A stretch of DNA of 64,000 bases from Botryllus schlosseri (lineage: Eukaryota), in assembly GCA_051294905.1 (NCBI GenBank), contig CM119372.1:10108001-10172000 (forward strand), written 5' to 3'. Position 1 is the first letter of the stretch; each line of letters begins with the position of its first letter. The notes beneath the pieces are model-generated. The model was not told the origin of the DNA and made no database searches. It worked only from the letters and a program-made list of their open reading frames with translations. The translations under genes and the position numbers were made by a program. Below are positions 29,201-42,634 of this stretch, in pieces.

Positions 29201-32200
29201 AACACTGTCCTTTCTATCACTGTCGGCCGACGAGAAGACGACGTCCCTGGCGTTCCTAGTCAACGAGCTTGTCTGCAGCAGACCCATCTGTATGGAGATT
29301 GAGAAGAATCTTGACACCATCGCCACGTTGAAGCGAGACAAATGGATCGTCGAAGGTCAAATGAGACAGTGAGTGAATCTACCTGTGCTTTAGTCGGTCA
29401 CTGTTTACAAAACGTTTATACATAGGCTTCGTGTTGCGTACGAGAAAAATCCTGGTTCAGAAAGCGCACCTCCCGAGGATGACGGTGCTTCGACAACGTC
29501 GGTGAAATCTGCGAACACGGCGGAAGACGGGGTAGGTTTCCTTGTGATGTAAGAATACTTATGTTGTGATGGGCTTTCAGTGACTACTATCATTTTCTCG
29601 TGAAAGCGTTGAGGTGGCTCACCTTGGAGAGGTATTCTGACGATTACATATTAGTTGGCCGGGTTTTTATGTTCACCCGCAAATGCACTGTGGAAGTATG
29701 GTTATACCATAGCCGAGTAATTTGCGGGGATTCGACCATCGACTGTACAGACTCCGTCATTAGTGCTCCGTCGTTAGGGCAAATTAAAATCTTACTAAAT
29801 ACTTGAATGTACTCGGTACTGAATCAAACATGGAGAAAGCACAGCTGAAAAGTCGATTGTGTCCATTATCGCAGGCCGAAGGAGGGGAAGACAACGCGGA
29901 ATCCACATTCCAGAAAAAAATGGAGGAACTCACGCAGGTATGTCTGAGTTATGACGCGCGTCGCTTTTCGTCCGTTTAACGCCGAAACTTTACTATCGCA
30001 GCAACACAATTCTTACAATACGCAGCTGGTGTGCAACGCGAAACCGCTACGCGCTCTCGATCTCGGGCAGGACAGATACAAAAGAAGATACTGGGTTTTG
30101 CCGCATCTCGGCGGGGTGAGCGAATTATTGCGAGTTATCGACTTTGCGGATAGGTCCTAGAGCACGTCAGTGGTATTCAAAGTAGAAGCAGACGGCAAGT
30201 GGCAATTTCTAAGACTTGTGGAGATAGAAAAGGAAAGCAGATTAGGCGTCAGATACTTTATAAATTACGAGATCCACCTTTGTGGCCACTGCAAAATAAC
30301 TAACTACTCTACAAATAGACGTAAAATTCAAAAATTTATTTGGCAGTTAACACGTTCTTATGACGATTTCAAGCACGAGACATCCCTAAGTAGGGTTACC
30401 GTATTTTGGGTTCGGGAAAGGCGGTAACTTTTTAAAAATTTTCAGACATACAATACTGGAGTAAAATCTGGAATAAATGGTAGGTTTACAACGAAATTGT
30501 GGTTGGTTGACTAAAAAAAACATCGTCATTTACGAACGAACCACGAATTTCCTGTCCAGCGTCATTTATACCCATTTTCACTCGAATATATCCATCATCT
30601 TAGCTCCTGAAGCTGTAAAGTAGGACGAATTGCCAAAAACCTGAAAAAAGGGAGGGCAAATCCTCCTAAAGAAGGATGTATGGTAACCCTATCCCTAAGC
30701 TAGCGAAATGTAAAGAGCAAGAAGCTTTTGTCCGTTAACAATCTATTAAGCTGTATCAGAAAGAAGATTTGGTCGAGGGGCACATACGTTTAGCAGTTAT
30801 CTGAGGTGACCACTTTCGGAATTGCAGGGTGTGTCTTGGTACCAACGCAAAACCACTAACGACACGAGGAAAAATTGGATTTTTTCAACATGTTACCCTG
30901 AAAATTGACAGGTCTACGTGGAAGGTTTGGAGAGCGGGATATCGTACGAAGACGACGACGAAAGCCCGGACGAAAACGAAGATTCCGAAGAGGAGGAGAA
31001 TGAGGAGGAAGAAGGATCTCCAAAGGGGGATGATGAAAACAATGAAGATTCCGAAATCATTCCGACAGAAAAACAAAATAGCGACTGCGATTCCCGAATG
31101 GAACCTACAGAAGCTGACGAACTCACAAGCGAAAGCAAATCACTTGACGATCCCACTGCGTCGTCCAAAGACATCGCCAAAGTTTTAATGATGCTGTCTC
31201 GCGAACCGGTGAACCACGAGAGTAAAGCCCCGGGCCACGTGCCACCCGCCGAGGACAGGTTACTGAACAGCGTCAACGGCATGCCGGAAAATGACGACAG
31301 CCCGAGCCGGGCCGCGTTGGAGGCGGTGTCGGCGTTAAACGCCATGAAAGCAAACTGTGAGACCAAAGGTTTGACGCCTGGCGGGTCGGAGAAGTCTGCT
31401 ACTGTGAATCAGACGGTCGGGTCAGGTCATGCAGGTTCGAAATCTCCAGACCTGTCAGACGGGGTGGTCGCGGCGGCTAAAGCGGTTGCGGCAAAAGCGG
31501 TAGCTTCTACCTCGCATCTTCTGTATCCCAGTGAGTTTTTTTTTATTTATATTATACATTCATATTTTTTATTTGTAACTTTTTTTACTGGGAAGCGTGA
31601 TCGCAGGCCGGGGCTGGGCACGTACGAGATGTTTAGTTTAGGAGATTTTGTCTCGATAACTGGGACTTGTTCCAAATGCACAACAAGGCTAAGTTGTTGA
31701 ATTCAAACGTAGCCGTATGTCAGTTTTAGCAATCGAAAATGCACATTGTATCTTGTTTCCATAAAAATTTTCCGCGTCACTGTCTGTTTTCAATCCTGAA
31801 TTCCTCAATTTGTGATCGTTACCGGTCGATACCATCTTGTGATTTCCTTCAGAAAACGACTGCGCTGCCGATACTAAATCAAAGAAGTGGTATCTGACGA
31901 GCCAGCCCAGTTCGAAATCGCCAGATCCGAACGACGACGTGGTCGAGGCGGCCAAGGCTGTCGCGGCGAAAGCGGTCGCGTCCACCTCGCACCTTCTATA
32001 TCCGAGTGAGTTGCTTCTTATAAGCGGAAGGCCGGATTATAAGTCCCCGTTACATTATTGTTAGTCCGCAGACGCAGAATTATTACTTTGTTCTAAAGGG
32101 GTCCCTGACCAGAAAAAGTTGGGAGTCACTGTTCTAGTTCTAGACATCCCTGAAATCAATCAACAAATAAGCAGTATGATACTAAGCGACCGCGACAACA

Positions 32201-35200
32201 CTGAACAAGACCTAAATAAAGGCACAAAAACTAGGCGTGGAATAATTACTTCTTTACTTGGAAATATCCTACTTTTACTTATAATTGATTAGAAATTTAT
32301 GGCGTTGCTTCTACTTCTACTTCTACTTGATTACACACATTTCTGTACTTTGATTACCTGTGCTTTTGAATCAATAATTCCTTAACCCGATAGCATACGT
32401 TTCCTCTACTTTCCAATAGTTATTCCACCGTCATGTTATCTTAATGCGTTCAGAAACTGAAAACACCGCCAATTCAATAGCAAAAGCGGAGAAGCCCGGT
32501 GATTCGAAAACTCAACCTCACGATGACGGTATCTGTGAAATGCATTTTATCTTTTTAATGTACATTGCTTACTATCAATCTACTCACCGCAGGCGGCAAT
32601 GGTACAATGCCGATAGGAAAGCACACGATAAACGCGTTGGTACAGATGGGAGTCGACCCGGCGGCGTTGAGCTCGCAGCAATTGGAGGTGAGATAGTATA
32701 TTGTATGTATATGATGTTTTAGCATCAATCTGCTTGATTGTCGTGCCCTGCCTGTATGCGGAGGTGGTCAGTATCGAAGTACTACTACTGTTAAAGATTA
32801 CATAAGTAGGTTCACTACTTGTACTGCTCAAGTGGTTGTGTTTTCAGACTGCTTCCATTTCTGCTGGAACAGTTTTTTTCAACCCTAGTAGGAATCCATG
32901 TATTGCAGTAACTGGATGTATCTTTAAAGTTATAGGCCTAACTGCGGTGTCATTATTCGTTATGCGTTAGTAACGAATATTCAGCTCGCAATTTTGAATG
33001 TAACCACATCCGATGAACCGCTAGAAGTACGCGAGCCCTCTTGAGTAGTTTTGACATGCATTTGAAATTGCTAGTTGGATGCGAGTAGAAATTTATAGCA
33101 TTACTTCTAATTGTACACTTGTATTAATGCTGATTACTTTGACCGTGTCTGCTGATTTGTACTTTTAATGAAAATACTCGCGCTTTTCCTTGAAATTCGG
33201 TCAAAATCTACCGAAAATTGATTTCTTTCCAGGCGCTATCGCACTTGGACATTCCGACGTCGCCTCAAGACGAACATCGCGTCAAAGAGGAAGTTTCGGA
33301 TGAGTACGATGATTGCGTTTTAATTTTTTTATTTCGATAGCGCTCTGAATTGTTCCTCTGCGTCGCTTTTTAGCGTCAAACCCGAGACGGAATCCGATCA
33401 GAAAAGCGAAGATGCCGTCGCCGATGATGAAAATTTGGCGAAATCTGATGACACTCCGATGGACTTGACCAAAAGCATGTCGGCCGACGCCAGCGAAAAG
33501 ACCAACGACGTTAAACCGTTTCCGACAAAAAGAGACGCACTGCAAGCAAGCTCCGACGTGAAAGCCGTCGAAAACAAGTTTTTCGTGCCGATTCCGTGTA
33601 CGAACGGCGAAAAAACCAATGTCAAGACGGAGCAAGAGCAATACAATCAGATTGTGTACTCTTGCCCGTCTCCGAGCATCCTGGCAAACTTCATCATTTC
33701 TTCGGCGAATTTCGGCCAGCTTCCGCCGTTGGACGGAATCAAATTCCCGATCAGACCTCCCGACGTGAAGGAAGAGCCAGATGCGATACCACGAGGTAAT
33801 GATCTAGGTTAGATTAAGACATTACATTGAATCGGAAAAATTGTGGATTCATGTGAGACGCAATTGTAGTATCGATAGGGAGAGAGAAAGTACTGTTTTA
33901 TCGGCTCCACAAAAAATATATATAAATACATACGTAAAGTATATACTAATGCAGAACTAGGCTCTAGCAAAGGTATCGGGAGATAATCATATCAGTTACA
34001 GCCTGAACGGAAATTTGTTCCATCATAGAAGATATACTTGGCCCAACATGAAAAAAAACATAGAAACAAAACAACACAGTCGTCAGATAACGTGACGAAA
34101 ACAAAATTTAAAAATATCTTGCAGAACATAAGCGCGGCTGGTGGAGAATCGAGAGCGAGTCGGAACTGCGCAATCTCAGCGAAAAGCTTCACATGCGCGG
34201 CATTCGCGAGAAACAACTGCACAAGAACATCACGAAAAACTTTGAATTCTGTGCCAGTTCGATGTCGGATGCTCTGAAACCCGGTATGCTCCGCTTTTGT
34301 TCATGGCGTAACGATACCGTTACTCGAGTTGGTTTTGTCTAGTTTCACCTCAAGAGGTCTTTAAACTTCGTCCTTGGCTTTGGAATCCAGAGTGCTTGCT
34401 TTTATAGCATATAGTAGTGTGGCAATGTCCGCATTGATTCATGTGATTGAGTGACGTGTGGCCTCTCCTGACAGTGATATGGCTTCTAAAATTGCACATT
34501 TTCATCTCTATTAATCGCAAAGATGCGATTTGCGATTTTGACTCGCCCCAACAAGATAGCGACAAGATAACGTAATGGTGAAGCGTCCGCCTTCTTGATC
34601 GGTAGGTCGTGGGTTCGATCCCCGCCTGGGTCAGACCAAATACCTGATTAGTAACACTGGTATCCATGACTTCCCTGCTTGGCGCTCAATCATTAATGGG
34701 TTAGCATGGAGGGGTGGTGCATGACTTAGAAAGCCGTTAAAGGCTGTATCTGCACCTACCTTGTCCAGCGGCATATGGACATCATGCACTCATGATATGC
34801 ATATGCGCAGAACGTGTGTATTAGGGCTCTTCAAAAATGACTTTTTTTTCTCAAATCGTACTGGCTACTTGATAAAATTGTTAGGTTGCCTAATTTAAGC
34901 CTACACACAAAATTTGATTCAATTCCAGCCAGTAACCGCTTTGCTACAGGAGAAGAAAATTTCTATTTATTATATAAAAATAAATGATAAAAAATTTGAA
35001 AATTTTCTGTTCACCCCATGAAAGTGTTAGGCTGTCTATAGAAACGATCCTCACCAAATTTGGTTCAATTCCAACCAGTGGAAGCCAGGATATTGTCGTC
35101 GAAAAATTTGGATTTGAATAAAATAGTATTTACGGTGACCGATTCTTTGTTTATTTATTATAGTTGTGCTCACCGTAAATACTATTTTATTCAAATCCAA

Positions 35201-38200
35201 ATTTTTCACTTCTATCAAATCACTTCTATTTATTGAATTGAAGTTTTGAAATGACTTGTACTCGTACATAAGTACCTTGGATGAATATTTTGACAAGCTC
35301 TTTATATGTGAAGCACTCTCGTTGTCTGAATTTTAGTTGATGTGAAGGATCTTGTAGCTGCATATTTCGATATTTCATTTTCTCATCTTGGGGCCCTAAT
35401 TTCTGCTACCCTGTCTCCCCCGCGAACGTTACGATTTACGATCATCTGTCAATTTGATGTTCAAACAATCGCTTTGAGAATTGTTACATTTGCAGAACAC
35501 CGGTTCGCTGTTCTCACGAAGGACCCCGCAGCTGACACTGACGGCAACAGCGAGGACACTACTGAAAATTCGAAGACCAAGAAGTCCACCCGCGTTCAAA
35601 ACCATAAGGAAAAGCGGTCGGACGACATACCCTCGCGGTTGTTGAACTCAGAGGCGTTAGCTTTTCAAGTCGAGATGGATACGTTGAGACAGGTTGAAGA
35701 ATTGGCTACCCGCTGCATAAACATGGCCATACTAACACCGGTTAGTACATACGTTTGCTGTATGAGCAAAGAGCATGAAAGTGTATGAAAACGTCGTATA
35801 ATATAATATCGAGTGTTAAAGATTGTAATTTAGTACAGTGGCTCGCAATCATTTTATGGTCGCAGCCCAATTTCCTATTTGAAAATGTCAGCATCTTGCC
35901 CAAACCTACTCAATGCCTAGTTGGGAAGCTGATTACTAGAAGATATGCAATATGCAGAAAAATGCCCCACTGAACTAGATGATATCAGGGTTTTTGAGGT
36001 GGATTTGTCTGACGCGTGGCACCCGGCGCTCAACAAATCGGAGTGGGTTGCATGGAAAATCTGGGATCGATGGAATATATGAGACTTCCAACATTTGCAC
36101 AACTGTTGGGCCGTTCAAATCGAAATAGCTTACGATTAGTATATTGGTGCCAAAATATGGGAAAACTTAATGTGTGAACGTCGTAATTTACTTTCTTGTG
36201 AGTTCGACAAAGCAATGTTTTAAATACACCTCTAAATTGTATTTGCAATTACCAAATAACCGTAGACCTTATTTTATTCATTCAATTTCTAATTATTTTC
36301 TGTAATGCTGTATATTTTATTTTATATCTTGTACTTTTGCACTCAAAATTTTTGATCTTCTGCAGGAGAATGCCACTGGTCCGTGTGGCTCAGGTGACTC
36401 TGTTATATGGAACCTGCCATCTGAACCTTGCTTATCTGTGTTTCACTTGATTGCAATTTTATAATGCCTGCTACTGATTTGCGCGGTTGGAATATGAGGA
36501 TTCCCTCTTCGCTTTTTTCATTTGTTTGTTGCTGCGTTTTCAGCAATGGAAAACCGAGGACGCAAAGCCGAGCATATCGAGAAAAGATTTGGAGCACGTG
36601 CCTATCGGTCCGTTGAGAGACAGTACGGGAGCTGAAATCAAATTCGACATCGCGAACCCGATTCTACACGACCCAAAAAGCGCATTGGGAACAGCTGTTA
36701 ACCTGCTGGGTTCTCTCGAGCGTGCCGTATGCCGACGCTATCTGAAATGGCCCCTCGTGCGTAAGGGTGGCGCTTCAGAATTCAGCAGTCTGCCTTCGTT
36801 GTCAGAGTCAGGGTAAGCTGCGTATTTTTTGAGGTTCTAGTGTACTTGCTTATCCACACCGACAAGTGTTCCCTTGACCATCGGAAATGAAAATTCCCTG
36901 GCAACATGACAAAATTTGTGTGGTTTATATGTCTATGTAAGTGGTTCTTATCGAGTCTTCAGAAAAATCCTTTGGTAAGGCAGGCACCCGATTCATACGA
37001 CAGAAGGCACTCTACTCTGATTTGTAGCAAATACTCATCATAATTTTTTGTTTTGTGTGAGAATCACGGTTTTGTTCTATTAACACTCGTATTGTGCACC
37101 AGTATTCTTAAATGTGTAATGTAGTAGAAAATTATTTTTCTGATGAATTAACCGAATGGTCTGGGTTAAGGACAACTGTTGGATATTTGTATGTCTGGAC
37201 AAAAATTTCACGGATATCACCTGCTACCAATTCTATGCATGCAAACCTACATATGGGAAGCACTCATTAGTGGTGTTGATGGGAGAAAACTTCTCGGTAC
37301 TAATAAGAAATTTTGCTGGAACCGGATTTAATTATTTCCGTTAGCACTTGCTTATTGTGCTTCGTGATGCAGTGCTCTAGATGTTGCTGCCGGACTGCGT
37401 ACTTGGCGGACCGCCGTGGTGTCGTCGACGAGCGCTTCTCAGCTGTCCCTTTGCGTGCGCATGCTCGATTCCTGCATAGCTTGGAACAGATCCGCTCACG
37501 TGAGTGAAGTTAGATGGCTTTAGAACACTGGTTCTCAAACTGGCATCCGAAAGGGGGCGCGAAGCTGCCTGAGATAACAACGATATTTCTTGAACCTAGA
37601 ATGAGTTTGATTTATACTGAAACGTCCAAGTTTCAAAAATGGCAATTATGGTAAATATTTTACATAGTTTGGTCATAAATTTGTGTCCTTTTCACAAGTG
37701 AAATTCTCCTGAACACTTTGAAAAAGCGGCCGAATCGCAGTAACCAAATGTGTTTTCGAAGATTCTACCTATTGGAAGTGTCATTAGTCGTTTTGCGTAC
37801 GTGGCGTATGCATATCTTGCAACTTAGAAAGTATTTACGTACATCCGATTAGAATCCTAGAATTCTAAGTTGACCATTATAGGGCCATGTATAAGGTAAC
37901 CAGCGGACTTGTTGACATAATGGTCGTATCGCTGGCCACTATTTTCTAGCATTTTAGAAATAAACTTCTGTTGTCTGTCGATTAATCGGTGTACGCTTCC
38001 GCCTAGGCTCTGACACCGGTATCGCAGCAATCCGAATCAATCGAAGACTCGCCGAGCAGCGGAAACAAGAGCAAGAAGCGTAAAAGCGAAAAGAAACCCG
38101 CGTCGAAAAGCGCGGCAAAACCAGACGGCCCGGCGACAAAGAAACGGAAAAAGAAGACTCCGCCGCCGGCGTCATCGCCTGCGAAAGCCAAAAAAGTGAA

Positions 38201-41200
38201 ACGAATGCCCATCGACACGGCCGACGTGATATCGAAATCGCAAGGCCCGGAGGAGAGTCGCGCCAACGGCTTTGCGAACTGCGACGACACGTTTGACGGA
38301 TCCTTCGACGGGGCTGCGGATGAATCCGCGAACACTACTGACGGGGATCGCCACGATTCTGATTTCAGAAACACGAACGACACGGACTCTCCGCGGTCTG
38401 TCCGGCGCGACTGTGACAACGCGTCCGACGAGTACAAGCCAAGTTCGGAAGTGAAAAAGAAAAAGAAGAAGAAGAAAATCGCTCGTGACGGCCAGGTACT
38501 ATATTTGTTCTTTTTAATATTTTCGATTTATTTTAAATTAATTGAAGAAAATCGATCTCGACAGAGATAATTCATCCCGCCTGCCATGTATTATTTTGTA
38601 TTTTTAAAATTTATTCATTTTATATATACATGTATGGATGCAGAACTTATAATTTGCTGTAACGGCTCATAGCTTGGGGATAGTTATTAACGCCACTTTT
38701 TAAATTGAGCTGAAATTCCACGACCAATCTTCCGAAATGAAACTATGTTTATGAAATACTGAAGTAAACTAAGTAAACGAAAGATTGTCCAAAATAACAG
38801 CAAACAAAGTTGGCCGGGAGACAAACCTATACATAGAAGGAACACAAGTTAGCAAGTTGCAACCACACATCTAACGCAACTAGCAACATACTCTGGCGCC
38901 TAATCAATTCATAATTACTATAACAAGTTAGTGCAGTAACACATGTGACGTTACTTTACATATATATTTATTAAGGGTTGTTGAAAAATAACTTTTATGT
39001 TCAAATTTTACTGGCTATTCGTTAAAATTGGTAGGTTGGCTAAAAAAAACGCTGTACACCAAATTTGGCTCAATTCAAACTTGTAGCAGGAATTCGAAAA
39101 TATTAAATTTATTATAGAAACTTAATTTTATTTCAAATTTCACTTTCAACCCCATGAAATTGTTAAGTTGTTCAAAATCAGGATTTCTAACTAATTTGGC
39201 TCAATTCCACTCACTAGAAGCAAAGCTATTGGAACACTAAATTTTGGATTTGATAAAAATAGTATTTACAGTGACAAATTCTTTAATTATTTATTATAGA
39301 ACTACCCACCGGAAATGCTATTATTTACAATGCAAAGTTTGAACATCTATAACTACGCTTCTACCGAGTGAAATTGAGTCAAATTGGGTACGCATCATAT
39401 TTGTAGACATCCTAACAATTTCATGTGGTTACCAGTAAAATTTGATTTGAGCCAAATTTGGTGTGCAGTGATTTTTAGCCAACCTTTCGATTTTATCAAA
39501 TAGCCAGTAAAATTAGAAGAAAAAAGTTATTTTTGCACAAACCTAATATGTATCAACAATTAAACATATCTACTGCATCATTTCCTTAATGTGTTATTGC
39601 TTTGTTTTCAAAACATGCTAGATGGTTGATGGATGTGTGTGTGTGTGTGTTCATTATATGTGTATGTGTAATGAGCTATGGTTTGCACCAAATGCTGTTA
39701 CGGATGGCAACTGCCTCATCTCCTGATCTCCTAGTTTTATGTTCTTTGTGTGACGAATAACAACATAGAATCTCATTTAATTGTAATATTCTTTCACATT
39801 TCATTTCTAAAACTTGCAAACAAAACTTACCGGACATGATGATTCCTTCCTCCAGGGCGAGCCCGCCGCTAAAAAACCGAGCAAGCCGCGCAGGAAATCG
39901 GATGGCGACGTGAAAATCTGCAGGTATCTCCGATACAAGCTTGGTTTGTGTTATCGTCACCGCACGTAAACACTTTTGCCTTTCAGAGAGGTTTTACGAG
40001 AGCTACAGTCCCACGAGGACTCCACCTGCTTCCTGTTCCCTGTCGACTGCAAACTCGTACCAGGCTACCGGAAGATCATCAAGAGGCCTATCGACTTTCA
40101 CACAATCGAATCGCGTTTGAAAAGGGGCAGGTGAGGACGATTTTTTCTACTTCAACTTGCCATGTCCTGGCTACTTGCAGTTGAGTAGAAATTTATGGCA
40201 ATACTTAACTGAGTAGCAATGCTTTGACCACATCTCTTCACTTGTCTATTAAGGTATAAAAGCAAAGAAGAATTCGTATCCGAAGTGAGATTGGTATTTG
40301 ACAATTGCCAGAAGTTTAATGAAGACGAATCGAACATAGGCAGAGCTGGCCACAAAATCCGAGCGTTTTTTGAGAAGAGGTACATTCATTACTAATACAC
40401 AGATTAGTAAACGCACTGACAGGTCACTCTCGGCAAATACGTAGCAATGTTTATATTGTGCCTGTGTGCAAGCTTGCTGATACCACCGCATATTAGACTT
40501 CTCACCAATTTACATACTTAATATAATTTGTGACTCTTATCATTTTGGTAGTTTAGAAGTGACATGACACTATGTTTGAATAGCTACATGTGGTGTTGCG
40601 ACTGTTGAATGAAACTGAGGTGACCAGCTGACTTGAAGACCTGAAGGTCGTATCGCTAGCCACCATTTCACAGCATTACTTTCTTACACCTTAAAATAAA
40701 CTTCTGTCTCTCTGTCTGTTTCCTAGTAGCCTACAACCCATTTGAGACCAGTTGTATGTAAAAGCTAAGCGAAAATTCGTTAAATTTAAGGATATATCGC
40801 AATATGTTAGAGGCTAGCAAACAGTAAAGTCACATTTCCTTCAAAAGAAATCAAAAAATTGAATCTGTGGATTTAACAGGACACCGCTTTGCAGAAACTT
40901 CAATACAACTATGTATGACATGTCTATGCAAAAGACAGCATTAAATAAAGTTTGAAATATTTGCTTTTGAATTGCATACATTTGTCGCGATTACATTTTG
41001 TGTTAATGTGGATTGTTGAAGGATGATCGGTACGCAAAATCGGTTTTCAATTTTACTTGTGCGCAAGGTCAAAAAGGTTTGAGCCGTCATGCAATCGTGC
41101 ATATCCGCATTAAAATCAAATCATTGAAATTTAATCGAATTCGAAAAATTTCATCTGACTTTGCTCGAGTCAAAATTTACGGTGACTCTAAATGAGTTGT

Positions 41201-41499
41201 GTCTCGAAGGTACCCAATGCCATACATTTTGATTTTTCCTTGAACCGAAGACCTGTCCTAATCAGATCCAGCACTTGATTTCTTATTGCAAAGTCTCACA
41301 TTTCAGATGGTTCGATGTGCTGAAAAACCAATATGGTGTCGTAGCTCCTCCGCCTGAAGTATCCCTTCCAGTCACAACTACGTCGGTAGAGTCAATCGAT
41401 GCTAATATCAATGAGAGTCCGCTACTTCCTGACCAGGATTCATCTGACTCGCCGACACCGGAGCAAGATGTGTCTGGCATGGATTTTGAGTACACATGA
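20210..41499 (+). CDS. BAZ2B: Bromodomain adjacent to zinc finger 2 (BAZ2A/B, toutatis)-like protein, about 36 coding exons
   Basis: Exons: 20210-20456, 21182-21358, 21733-21911, 21975-22016, 22074-22217, 22791-23867, 23929-23989, 24449-24562, 25083-25270, 25329-25442, 26119-26212, 26877-26983, 27046-27195, 28000-28105, 28169-28273, 28605-28747, 28816-28923, 29184-29368, 29426-29531, 29875-29937, 30002-30115, 30912-31530, 31853-32005, 32454-32528, 32593-32687, 33233-33303, 33374-33795, 34125-34283, 35496-35740, 36544-36811, 37373-37499, 38007-38495, 39856-39923, 39987-40130, 40254-40379, 41307-41499. Domains: MBD/TAM (HGWKREIR...GEVVYTAPDGRKLR...NFSFS), coiled coil, DDT (CADVLMVLEFVETF), WHIM1 (LAFLVNELVCS), WHIM2 (LGQDRYKRRYW), WHIM3 (GWWRIE...RGIREKQL) and bromodomain (FLFPVD...PGYRKIIKRPIDF...DNCQKFNEDES). 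The A versus B paralog cannot be resolved; the true start could lie further upstream. Confidence 0.88.
20745..20946 (-). repeat. (AGTAGA/AGTA)-rich hAT-like element fragment; many dispersed copies (e.g. 6380, 26010, 27270, 32300, 32760, 42253, 45760, 47940)
   Basis: CAGAGGTG(A/G)TCAGTA-type end followed by agtagaagta arrays. Confidence 0.6.
25696..25961. mobile_element. Second copy of the Charlie-type MITE, in a BAZ2 intron
   Basis: CAGTGGTTATCAA...TTTGAGAACGCTG; TSD CTGTAAAC/CTGTAAAG; internal ccttccatgccatcaaactatc shared with 4888. Confidence 0.8.
30391..30691. mobile_element. hAT (Tip100-like) MITE
   Basis: TIR TAGGGTTACC / GGTAACCCTA with perfect TSD TCCCTAAG. Related ends at 4369 and 8960-8971. 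Confidence 0.85.
34557..34780 (+). mobile_element. tRNA-derived SINE, same family as 12372-12640
   Basis: gataacgtaatggtg...gatcggtaggtcgtgggttcgatccccg...gtcagaccaaa...ctggtatcc...cctgcttggcgctca. Confidence 0.8.
38972..39545. mobile_element. Long-TIR MITE (TAGG-type end); related copy starts at 34822
   Basis: About 110-bp imperfect TIRs (aaaaataactttt...ttttactggctatt...caccaaatttggctcaa); TSD ATATTTAT/ATATGTAT. Confidence 0.75.
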
Positions 41500-42578
41500 A
41501 ATCTTGACTAAATTATACGGATGGTGCTAAATCTATGCAGACGGCGGATACGTGATGCAGTAGCGTCAATAAGGAAGAATGTGCGAGCGATTTTATTTTT
41601 GATGCGTCACCTATCGGCGGCGTGTTGAACATCTGTGGATGATTGTTCTTTTTTAAATGAGCTTCGAGTGTAGATCCTGGCAAGTGAATGACGCAGTGTC
41701 GCCGCGTTATGGGCGCGAAGTGACTTGGTTCTTTGCAGTGCGGCGCGTAATGAAATGGGTATTTTGCAATCAATTTTCTTCAATTGTTTTGAACCACTGA
41801 TATTGCCACATGAAATGAATTTACAGGTATTTAGCTGGGTTTCAATTTATTCCGTTATAGCTATCATGTGATAAAGCACACTTTCTGCGCCCGGGAGAGA
41901 AGAACGTTTTTACGACTTTGTGCTATTTACGTGACTTGTTCTCTAATTATTGCTGCTTAACTATTTCATTGCCTTTTTGTTAACATAACGACTGTTGCTT
42001 GATGTTTCGTCGTGGCGTGTCTTTTGTCTTTTGCCTACTGTTGCAATAAAAGGCATATGGTGGGTAGAGGAGCCCTGAGATGGCATACTCTATATTTGCC
42101 GAAACCGATGTTGTCGCCTCTTGTGGGTTATGAGTAAGTGTACTTGAGGTTATCATCCTCACGCTCCATCACTTGATCAAATGTAGGGATGGAAGTTGTG
42201 TGAGGATCGTTTGGTTCATGCAATGGGAGATTTTCACATCTATGGTCCAGACACAGGTGGTCAAAGTAGTCACTACTAGTCAAGAAGGCTACTCAGGTAA
42301 AAGTAGAACTTTTAGAAGCAACCTAAAACTACTTGGAGTAGAATTGACTGACTTTAAATCTACTCAAGTAAGTAAGTGGAAGTGGAAACGGTAGTTTCAA
42401 ACGTTATGATGCGCCATATTCACTGTGATTTCATATGGGCGACAATGCGGTGTGAACGGAGCCACACAACCCGATAACTAAATCATATTCATCGATACTT
42501 TCTTGAAAACATATTTGTCACTCCACATCTACTATGCGCGAAGCGCGACGAAAATTATGGGCTTACTTAGCTTTTATG

Positions 42579-42603
42579 CAGGGCCGTAACAGCACTTCGC
42601 CAG

Positions 42604-42634
<31 letters not shown>

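Noticed and set aside
36366..36393. Extra BAZ2 microexon (ctgcag|...ctcag|gtgact)
   Set aside because: 28 nt would shift the frame, and the flanking exons already join in phase. There is no support without RNA data.
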